From assembly GCA_000182565.2 (NCBI GenBank), contig KQ257459.1: a stretch of DNA of 64,000 bases; one strand, 5' to 3'. The notes beneath the pieces are model-generated. The model saw nothing but the letters and a program-made list of their open reading frames with translations. It had not been told where the DNA came from and ran no database searches. Made by a program: the position numbers and the translations under genes. Positions within the stretch are counted from its first letter, which is position 1, and each line of letters opens with the position of its first letter. Shown here in pieces: positions 1-9,958 of this stretch. Source of the stretch: Spizellomyces punctatus DAOM BR117. Taxonomy: Eukaryota.

Positions 1-210
1 CACCTAACCCTAACCCTAACCCTAACCCTAACCCTAACCCTAACCCTAACCCTAACCCTAACCTAACCCTAACCCTAACCCTAACCCTAACCCTAACCCT
101 AACCCTAACCCTAACCCTAACCCTAACCCTAACCCTAACCCTAACCCTAACCCTAACCCTAACCCTAACCCTAACCCTAACCCTAACCCTAACCCTAACC
201 CTAACCCTAA
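1..210. repeat. Telomeric repeat (CCCTAA)n / (TTAGGG)n, chromosome end
   Basis: About 33 perfect CCCTAA units from the first bases of the window, with one CCTAA variant at 62-66. The tract ends abruptly at 210. Confidence 0.98.
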
Positions 211-2279
211 CCTCCCGTGTGATGAATCCCTTTAGCAGCGTTCGAATAGGGGACTTCACCCACACTTTATACAGTTCTTCTCGCATGTTTGCACTAGGCG
301 TCGTCCGATCTCTCTCCAGCTCACACTGCCCATCATGAACAGCATACCAGTCCGTGTAGACTTCCTCCTCCAACAAATCCCTGATGCCTGTTCGGTGCTC
401 AATGGGAGAACTAGCATTCGGTGAAAGAATGTGATGTAGCATGATGCTATAGACAAGTTCGATGCGACGGGCCGTCGAGAAAAAGTTCCACAGGACGCCA
501 TGGACGCCCAGACCCTCCTCTTCTGGATCACCGCCGATAAAGTCAACCAGATGGTTGCGGCGAAAGGTCGCGGTTCGCCTGTTGGCCGGGCAACGTTCAA
601 TGGTGAACATATACCCAGCGATGCGAGAAAGGCGTTCGGACATTGACCAGGATGTGGAAGCTGCCATGGATATTGTACTGCTCTTGGGACTGTAGGCTCC
701 TGGCGGTGTGTGGTTGTTGGTGGGCTTATTGTGCTTGCCCTTTTTCTTGTGATTATGTTGCTGGCGATGACGGGGAGACGAATTGTTGGACATTGGAGAA
801 AATAATAAAGGTGTTTGGAGGGGGTGCTGTTTGGTAGGGCTACTCTTTGTACGTGCCTGCAAAGGACGCAAATTGGCAATGTCAGAGCAGCGGCAAAGCA
901 GAGAAACCTAACTACACACCTTTACTTCCATCTTTAACCTCACTTTTTCCGCTTCTCGACATAAAGCATCGAATGGCGCCATGATTTTAACAAAGCGCTC
1001 CTCCTCCTGAAAACTCTCCCAATCCACTTCCAACTCGACAAACAAGTTGGCGCGTAGCATCTGCCGGGTATATAAGCCACGAAGTTCGGATGACGACAAG
1101 GCATGGCGGTGTCGGTGTTCGTAATGATAACGATGCCTTTGGCTGTGATGCGAGGAAACTGTAGATGAATGAGAGTGGAGATGATGAGCCCGATATTTCA
1201 GAATGCGTCCCAGTGCGTCGAGGAATTGGCAAATACGATGCGGGTGAGAGCGTCGGCATGCGGACGTTGTGCTGAGGTTCAACAGAACAGAATAAATGTT
1301 GTGGTATTGACCGGCATCCTAACTTTGCATGATCTTACCAAAATGCCCAAGTGCGTCTTCAAGGCCAACCCTATCCCCTCTCTCCTCCTTCCACGCTACA
1401 ATGTCATCAAAAAGCTCGACATCATCCACATACATTAACAATATGACCCGTGCTCCAATGGTCCGGGTCACAATGTCCTCATACCCAGGCCCCGATAGTT
1501 CAAGCATGATAGGAAGCCTCGCACGTTCCAACGTGGGAACGCTCACTTCAGAATCTGAATCACTCCCAGATGATGGTGGCCGCGTTGGGGGACGAGGAGT
1601 GTGATGGCGAGGGTAGACACGAGAGGAAAATGTTTCGGATTTCGGGAGAGAGTCGGCGCTGCTGGAGGCATAGGAAAAGCGCAGAGTCGTCGGGTCCGGT
1701 GCCTCGGCCTGCAGTTGGGATAAATTATCTTGCCTGAGCTGGTGCGGGGACGCTGCTAGATGTCGGCGTTGATGGGGGGGCGTTTGTGTATGTCCTCTGT
1801 TCGACTTGCAGCATGGGCCAAAGATATATTTGAACGGGTGAGCGGGCACACGAAGGCTCCTGCTGCCGAGGGTATACTGGAGATGTGCCACCCGCTGGTT
1901 GGAATACGGTAGCGGCATGACTACTTCCCTTGCTCAACCCTCTTTGATCGATGCTTTCGCGTTCAATGGGCGTGCTATGTCCACCCTTTTGTCGATGATG
2001 CTTGCTTTCTCGAACTGCTAATTCGTCATCTCCCGATCCTCCTACATATCTACCCTCCCTGAATAGATCGCGATTCGCTGATTTTTTTCTTCGACTCTTT
2101 TCTACCTCTCCCGTCTCAGCAAATCGGGTTGCAGCAAGGACAAAATTGGAATCCAGAGCATGAGCAGTTCCCGATCGGCCAGTGTGTCTGTGACGTTGTC
2201 GATGGGGATGATGAGCTCGTGCTGGAGTCTGAAGGATGGGATCAGAAAACAAGAACATAATGTGATGATTCTTATTCAT
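211..2279 (-). pseudogene. Anoctamin/TMEM16-family gene, N-terminal cytoplasmic part only, truncated by the telomere (5' end uncertain)
   Basis: The exon ending at 920 encodes FVKIMAPFDALCREAEKVRLKMEVK. A GT..AG intron (919-857) joins it in frame to an exon (856-211) encoding NFFSTARRIELVYSIM..GIRDLLEEEVYTDWYAVHDG..NMREELYKVWVK, which matches the anoctamin dimerisation-domain pattern. There is no stop before the telomere. ORFs 1319-1918 and 1725-2279 are probable upstream exons. Confidence 0.75.
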
Positions 2280-2726
2280 GGGTCCATATATTCGTTATTA
2301 GCTTTACCTCTGTCGTCGTGGATGGGAGCGAATCAGTTTCGTGCTGCCTGACTGGCGACTCGTTCTGATGGCCTGCTGCAGACATGCTCTACCGTGCACA
2401 CTGGCGCATGATGGATAAAGAGCTTTAGAAAACGAGACCAAGTGGAAGACTTGCTGAGGACCCCAAGCCGTTTGCAAGTTGCTGCGCAATGGGAGTTTCC
2501 GTATGGAATGGTTCCAAAATAACGAAACACTTGGAAGGAAAAGTGGGAAATTTTGCGAAAAAAGTTGTACCCGCTCTCTGAACAGCAATTGCATTGCAAC
2601 TCTTTTTTTGTTTACACTTGGGGATGATCATCACATCTGCAAATGCTTGGGAATGTTGAAAGCTTGCAATAATAATAATAATCACTCTTTTGAAATGTCA
2701 TTCCCTACGATTCTTGTCAGCACATA

Positions 2727-2756
2727 AGTGTGTGGGAAAATAGAAATGTCAGTGCC
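2727..2756 (+). repeat. Left terminal inverted repeat of the Fanzor element
   Basis: AGTGTGTGGGAAAATAGAAATGTCAGTGCC matches the reverse complement of 4910-4939 (AGTGTATTAGCAAAAACAAATGTCAGTGCC) at 24/30 positions. The inner 13 nt are identical. Confidence 0.85.
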
Positions 2757-2972
2757 ACGGAGCATCGCAGCCAGTTGAATTAACCACATTTATTGTGAAC
2801 CTCACGAAGATAAACAAAAAAACGGGTCCAATACGTGCGGCAACGAACTGAATATTCTGCAGTTGCTCCACCATTGAAAAACGGGTCCAATGCGCAGTTG
2901 TCATATTTCTATATAAACCTGCCTTCCCTGCCCATTTCCCAGGTTTTCATCCATTTTTCTATTCCAATCATC

Positions 2973-4853
2973 ATGCTGCCAAAGAAAAAGCAAAAGCTTG
3001 AAAAACTTGACAAACCCACCTTACATACCTGCAACAAAACTTCCTTTGCAAAAGCTTTCCTGCCAAATGAGATCTACCACCAATGGCTTCTAGATTACAT
3101 CACCATCATCCATCAACTCGCTGACCACACTTCCCACGTGCTGAAATTCTACATCCTATCTGCACCATCCTTTCCCATGGTAGATCAAGATACAATCGAA
3201 GTGATTCTCTATCTTCTCAACAAAGGTGAATCATGGCAACCAAAAACCGGTGCAAAAAAGGCATTATGCAAATCCTTGTTGCCATACATCCAACAGTACT
3301 GCCACATTGTTGGCTATGTTCATCCAAATCTACAAAAAGAGCAGCAGTCAATCAATTACCTGACAGCAAGTATGATGACAAACCTGAAGGTCAACATTCA
3401 AGAACATTTCATGATGATGCTGCTCCAATATATCAATCTGTGGCTTGACGTGAAGGGACGGAAAGGGCAGCTGCCACTGAAAAGTGATGCGCAGAAAGCT
3501 TTCTTTACTCGGCTATGCTATTTAAAGTCAGTTTTCCTTTTCGAAACCATGCCAGAATTGCTGGATGACTTGACTGCTGAAGAGAGTGAACTTCTAGAAG
3601 AGATTTGGTCCCTTAACATTCCCCTTTCTGATGACCAGCCACTCGCATATTCCATTGCTGTAGACCCTCTCGCGTTCTTTCCTGCATACTGTCAGGTGTC
3701 AAGCCTATATGAAAAGCATGGATTTCGATGGTTCAGCGCCATCCCACTTTGCTGCTCCCTCATCCAAAGCCATGTGTGGATTGACACTGTCATCCTCTAC
3801 TCTCATGTTCTTTGCATCACATGACAAGAAGCAGAAGCTGTAGAGAAGGTCGATTTATGGTTGTGCATCTGCAATCTACGTACCAAAGCTTTTCAGTCTC
3901 ACCATGGTATGCAGTTTGAAGGCTCGATCACGACAGATGGAACCTTGGTATCTGTATACCTAAAGCACCCAGAAGGAGACAAGTATGGAAAGCATGGAGC
4001 GAGAAAGTCAGCAAACATGGTGGTGGCAGAGGTCAAAGTGCTTTATGTGGAGAACAACTTACCTGCTTGTTGAGCAGCAGAGAATGTCATCATTATTGAC
4101 CCAAACAAGTGTGACATTCTGTACTGCCAAGACAGCAATGGTACGACATTTTGCTACACCACCAACCAGCGAGCCGTGGAGACTGGAAGCCATCGATTTG
4201 CAAAAGAACTGCAGCAGATGAAGAAAGCGGGAATTGACCTCATAGAATCATGTATCCCTAGCCACAAAACAATGAACCTCATGGATTTTACTCACTATCT
4301 CCTCATTCGGCGCACTGATTCAGATCATCGAAAGGACTTCTATTCGCATCCTGCCCACACGCGGTGGAAGTGGCATGCATTTATAAACCATCAGAAGAGT
4401 GAATCGAACCTCATATCTGACTTGCGCAACAAGTATGGTGAAAACTTTACCATTGTGATGGGAGATTGGAGCGATGCCGGTCAAACTGCAAGATTTCAGA
4501 CCTCATCAAAGACGAAAGGTTGGCATGCCCTCTTTACGTGCAACAGGATCAACTGCTTCCTTCTCGACAAGTATAAAACCTCATCTGTCTGCCCTCACTG
4601 TTCCTCTGGCGTTGAAAAAGGCTTCAAAACACGACCTCATTCAAGACCTTGGCAGCGAGGCAAGATTGAAAAAGTCCACGGATTGCTGGGTTGTACCAAC
4701 CCTAACTGTTTGCAGCAAGCCTGGACAATGCGCTACTGGAATCGAGATACGCTGAGCACCTGCAATATGGTAACGATCGTGCAATCAATGTTGGCTGGAC
4801 ATGGTAGACCAGACGTGTTCAGCAGGCAGTGTTCCAGCCGTAGCGTAGCATAG
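2973..4853 (+). pseudogene. Fz1: Fanzor1 RNA-guided endonuclease (TnpB/Cas12-related RuvC), inactivated, about 626 codons
   Basis: ORFs 2835-3824, 3861-4073 and 4176-4853 share one frame and are separated only by TGA at 3822-3824 and 4071-4073. The protein has an N-terminal NLS-like PKKKQK, then ITTDG, RuvC-I IIIDPNK, MGDWS, LLD(K)YKTS, zinc finger CPHC..CTNPNC and RuvC-III WNRD. It closely resembles SpuFz1 as I recall that sequence. Confidence 0.93.
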
Positions 4854-4867
4854 ATTGGTTAGATTAG

Positions 4868-4955
4868 CTTTTCCGAACCGGTTGTCGCCGGTTTATTCCC
4901 TGGTGTGGAGGCACTGACATTTGTTTTTGCTAATACACTAAGTGTCTGTCCCTGA
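4868..4955 (+). ncRNA. Putative Fanzor omegaRNA: scaffold 4868-4940 plus flank-derived guide from 4941
   Basis: Lies directly downstream of the ORF. Contains hairpin AACCGG-TTGTCG-CCGGTT (4876-4893) and a long stem of 4901-4913 with 4928-4940. The CTTTTCCGA..CCCTGGTG..CACTA layout resembles the SpuFz1 omegaRNA as recalled. The ~15-nt guide length is assumed from SpuFz1. Confidence 0.8.
4910..4939 (-). repeat. Right terminal inverted repeat of the Fanzor element (overlaps the omegaRNA 3' stem)
   Basis: Reverse-complement match to 2727-2756 (24/30). Confidence 0.85.
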
Positions 4956-5832
4956 TACGCTTTCTTGCGATTTCCCACAAGTAGTCCGTTGAAAGAGATT
5001 TCTTCCTCTTTGTAATCTCTCTCTCTCTCTCTCTCTTCCCTCTCTTTTCCCAAACCTCCTCCCACTCTCCTCCAGTCTCATCTTCCAGTGCAACTTAGCT
5101 AAATTCCCATTCAAAAAAAACACCCATATCAAAAACTAAAGCCCCAGTAGGAAATCGCGCAATCTTCTCTTTTGGCCATAAATGGAAATTTCCGGTTGGA
5201 TTTTTGGATGGGGTTCTCACATAATGTGACGTTTTTCCCTCTCTTGGTTGCTGCCACCGCTGCCTTTTATTACTTGTCAGTTTGCTCTGTCTTTTGCTCT
5301 GGTTATTTCCCACACACACACGCACTTGTCGTTATCTTTTGTCAAGGACCTCATTGCAAACGCGCTTGCCCTTCATTTGAGAATTGGTTCTGGTCTCATC
5401 TACTGATCGCTCTCAGGCAAATCCCCTGCATATTGAAGTTTGGCTACTAGAGGAGGGGTTTACCCAGTGACGACACATAAAGCAAAAAGGGGAGAACAAG
5501 GAACAAGCTCTCGAAACTTGGGTATGCGTGAGAAAAAGACTGTCAAAACGAATTCGACAGCTTTCCCAGGATACTGATAAAATGCCGCTTACAGGAAGAA
5601 ACAGCCACCCACAGTTACTCCACCCATCGGTGTCGCTCGATCCGGTCCCCCTTTTATCCCGCACCATTGTTCCTTCACCGGTACGAGTCCAAGACGCCGC
5701 GTACGATACTCGAACTGTCCTATTCCTTTGAGTCGGGTATGTGCAATTGGAGTGCAGTCAACCTTAATAGGTTCACTTTCTCACCTTCATTTTTGCAAAC
5801 GTGAAACAGGGCCATCGCACCTGCGCTCCCAA

Positions 5833-8800
5833 ATGCCCCGCCCACAAACTATCCACGAAGCATCGCTTGGAAGAAGCTCGAGACCGTCTACGCCGTCCGG
5901 GCCTCCAAGCCGCCACTCAACTTACGCGTCGGCCCTACGATCTCGCACGCACAGCTACCGCAATACTCCTGGAGGGAATACACCGGAAATTGGGGAGCAA
6001 GGGGAAGCATGGGACGGAGATCCTGATCGGACCCAGTTCAGACACACTGGGGACTTTTCTGCCATTCCTCCAAGTAGTCACGATGATGTTCATGAAGACT
6101 GGGAGGAAGGGCACGAATCACCAGAGGGACATGACTCTGGGAATGGATCGGGAGGCGAGGGCCAAGAGTCGGATGGAGAAGCGCGGCGGTTGAGAGACGT
6201 TCAAGAGGTCAGTTTTCTTTTTGCTCGAGATGCTGAAATTGCTAACGTTGGTATGAACTGACAATGGTACCTTCAGGCTATCAATGTAAGTCATCCGTTC
6301 GGTCTCAGAATATGGAAGCCGGCCTTGTATCGGAAATTCCGTAGTATCGATACCAAAACGTACAATGCACTGCATGCTACACCTGGCGAAAGACCGACGC
6401 GTACACTTTACCTCAATCCGGGAAATATACTGTGGTTGATCCTTTTTGGCTGGTGGCTCGCTCTCGTGTACTTCCTGGTGGCGACAGTTGTGCTGGGTCC
6501 CCTGGCTTTTCTTGGAAAGGTCGGAGCCACGATATACTTTTGTGGGAACGAGCGTGAGGAAATAGAATGTGGCCTTACGAGCTGTGTTGGATGGTTCTTC
6601 ATTGAGCTGGAAAATATCTGGCAGTACTCAAAAGTACGTCCTCTGCACAGTGTTTCAGTAGCCTTTCTGCCCCTCTAACATCTGATGCACATGGTAGGTC
6701 TTAATGAATCTTTCCGGATATATCCTGTGGCCTTTTGGCAAGTTCATTGCGAAGCGCCGAGTCTATCACATGGTCTTCCAGGAGGATCATGATGGGACGG
6801 CAAATGGCGTATCAAATGAGCGGACGGCACTGTTGTCTGATCACGATGGACAGCGATATTCGGAAGATACCTATGTTGTTGGCATACCCGATGATAGCGT
6901 TCCCGCAACGCCAGTGCCAGAACCTGCGTCATCAGCGGATAGACAAGACTTAAAGGTTGCGGCTTGCTGTGACAATGAGGCCAACGCAGAAAATATGAGC
7001 GAAGTTTCCGAAGAATCTTGGCATGAATTTATGTCGTCGAGTCGCAGGTACAGCTACGCGAACGGACATCATCATCGTTGGCCAAAATGGGTTCCGCGAT
7101 GGATTAGAAGAGCGTACAATGCTGGACTGGCAGGAAACTTATTCCGGCTGCTGCTCCTTATAACCATCGCACCTTTGCAGTTCGTCGTGGCTTGCATGTG
7201 CTCCTTTCTCGTCTTTCCACTGCCAATGGCCAAGCTGAATTACGTCCTCTTGAAGCATCTTTTCCGACACCCACTGCAGATCTCTGCCCACACTCCTGTG
7301 TACTCCAAGAGACCCAGCACTCGTCCCTCCAGAAGCGCTAGCCTGGCATCTCGCGCATCGGATATTTGGCGAAGGTCGAGTCGCATGTTTGGGCGGCCCA
7401 CAAGCATATTTTCCGAGTCGGCCGAGCCCATTGCTATTCCTACCACGTTAGGAACCCCGACGCAGATGCCAAGTGGTGCTGTGGCTCAAGGTCCCCAGCT
7501 GGCTCCCGAATTCCAAGTGATTCTGTGCACTTATAATGCTCTTGGATGGGATTACTACAAGTACACGTATGACGGGATCAACATCATTGTTATCAATTTG
7601 ATAGCAGTCGTCATTTTCGCGCTGGTAGATTTTTACGTGATCGGTCCACGCTTTGGTTACACCGGAATTGCAAGTAACACTGTTATTTTCGTGGCGTCGC
7701 TCATCAGTTCGATTCCTTTGGCGTACTTTATCGGAATGGCCGTTGCGTCGATTACGTCTGAAACAGGGTCTTTGGCTGTGGGAGCGGTGATCAATGCCAC
7801 TTTTGGATCCATCATCGAAATCATTCTGTACTCGCTCGCACTGGTGGAGGGCAAACAGCGCATGGTCGAAGGTGCCATAGTGGGATCTTTACTGGCTGGC
7901 TTGTTGGCCTTACCTGGTGTGTCAATGTTCTTTGGTGGATTGAAGAAGAAGGAGCAACGGTTCAACGCAAAAGCTGCTGGTGTGACAGCCACCATGTTGA
8001 TCGTAGCAGTTGTTGGGATGTTTACGCCTACCTTATTCCAAGAAGTGTATGGAACGCAGAAGCTAAAGTGCCTAGAGTGTCCGACAACTGTGGATCAGCA
8101 TTCAATGACTCCCCTCGGACTCGCGCTATCTTGTAAACATTGTCGTCTGATTAGCCCGCGCCCTTCGGAGGACCCGATTTACTTGACCAGTACGAGGCCG
8201 CTGGCATGGCTGTGTGCTGCTGCATTACTTTTGATGTATGCAGTCGGACTGCTATTCACATTGAGGACCCACTCACGTGTGATTTATGACAAACCCGACA
8301 AAAAGGTGAAGAGAAGGCGGAGGGCGGCTGCTGTATCCAGGGCATTGGACTTGGCAAAGAGCGACCATCATCATGGAATTCGTGCTATTGGAGGATTAGG
8401 AATAACAAATGATTATGGAGCAGAGGCTGCAGATCGAGAATTGCGTGAATCAAGAAACCCGAGAACCTCGGCAGCTGGTAATATTGGACAAGGACACGGG
8501 AAACGGGTATCACGAGTTAGCAACGCGGCCTCTATTCCCCCGAATGAATATCCCTTTCCTAACGTTCCACTAACGATCGAAACTTCCACCGGTTCCCGAC
8601 CAGTGAGTCTTACAACCCCCACAACACCCATCTCGCCGTCCCTCCCGCCCTGCCGCGGAATTCAAACGACATCTGGTGTCGTTCAGGTCGTTCACCCCGA
8701 TCCTGTTGTTTCAGTGATCGGTGGGGATGATTGGGATACGGCCTCAACAGGGTCATCCGAGTCTGATGAATCGGAAGCCCACGGACATGACCATCCAAAC

Positions 8801-9450
8801 TGGAGTATTTTTAAAAGCGCTCTGGTTCTACTCGGGTGTACGACATTGTATTCGCTTGTGGCGGAAGTTTTGATCAGCTCCGTGGATGAGGTTATTGAAG
8901 CGTATGATATTGATGAGAAGGTTCTCGGTGCAACATTGTTCTCGATTGTACCGCTTGTTACAGAATTTTGTGAGTATCATTGTGAGCATTTTGTGGTGTT
9001 AAGTAATCATATCTCATTATTCTCTTTTCAGACAATGCTATCGCTTTCGCCATGAACGGCAACATTGCGCTCTCCCTTGAGATCGGCTCCGCCTATGTTA
9101 TGCAAGCCGCCATGCTCCAGATCCCAGTCATGGTTGCCTTCTCCTCGTTGTTCTTTAAGCCTAGTCCAGCTGATCCCCCCAGTTTACCCACGTCCCCTCT
9201 CACTAAGCTTTACGCCTTGTTCTCTACCCCCACGACACCCTCCACCAGTACGAGCATAGATGGCTTCACCATGATCTTCCCGCGATGGGACTTGTACGCT
9301 GTGCTATTTGGCACCTTTATGTTGACATACGTCTACACGGAGGGTAAGAGCAATTACTTTAAGGGAAGTATGTTACTGGTAGCCTATTTCATTCTTTTGG
9401 CTGGGTATGTATTTGAGCCGGGGGACTCGGGTTGGGGAGAGGCAGTATAG
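5833..9450 (+). CDS. VNX1: Vacuolar cation/H+ exchanger, CAX family, Vnx1-like (multi-exon)
   Basis: AINVSHPFGLRIWKPALYRKFRS, GNILWLILFGWWLA, alpha-1 GAVINATFGSIIE, alpha-2 NGNIALSLEIGSAY..Q and EGKSNYFKG. GT-AG introns join ORFs 5728-6261, 6325-6678, 6704-9055 and 9052-9450. Confidence 0.9.
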
Positions 9451-9958
9451 TTGGCATGTCTGATTTTGTCATGATTTGAGTCATGGTTGCTTTTTTTTGC
9501 GGTATTTGGACAGGTGGTTCTCAGTTAATAGGGATTCGTAGGATTTAGTTAGGTTGGGGCGGATATACCTTTTGTGCAGGTTGGGATCATTTTCTGTTGT
9601 AATTGGGGTGTGATGCCGGAGCCGGCATATTGTTGGAAGTTGTAATATTTTGACGCAAGGAACCATTTAAGATATGGCCCTTCGAGATTATAGAATTCCA
9701 GTTATTGAATCGACCGGCGAGACGCGCGGCTAAACCCCTGTGCAACGTCATTGGCTCATCATGCGGGCTATCATGCAGGTCATCATGCAGGTCATCATCG
9801 ATCTTGGCTCCTGCTGTGCTGCATTTGAGGGTCCTGGTAGTCAACATGACAGGTTATCAAATGGGTCGGGTATATAAGAAGAACAGAGGGTTGAGTCTAC
9901 ATGCACAAGTTTGGTTTTAGTTTTAACCTGTATGAGAATCTCTATGTAATAGTGCACG

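Larger units (their letters stand above)
2727..4940 (+). mobile_element. Fanzor1-carrying TIR element (Spu-1-like), about 2.2 kb, no transposase
   Basis: Imperfect 30-bp inverted repeats at 2727-2756 and 4910-4939, CATA immediately 5' (2723-2726), one Fanzor ORF, and an omegaRNA-like scaffold ending in CACTA at 4940. Confidence 0.88.

Noticed and set aside
256-879. 207-aa minus-strand ORF from the ORF track
   Set aside because: Wrong frame. The anoctamin-like peptide is in a different, stop-free frame on the same strand.
3822-4073. In-frame TGA codons in Fanzor (and TAG in the GH18/GH20 relics) as stop-codon reassignment or readthrough
   Set aside because: Intact neighbouring genes end in TGA and TAG normally, and the same loci carry other inactivating changes. 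Decay is the simpler explanation.
2705-4958. Fanzor inserted inside a minus-strand intron (GTATCA..GCTGAC..TAG once the element is removed)
   Set aside because: The reconstructed intron would be only about 40 nt and the downstream sequence gives no convincing exon. Not supportable without RNA data.
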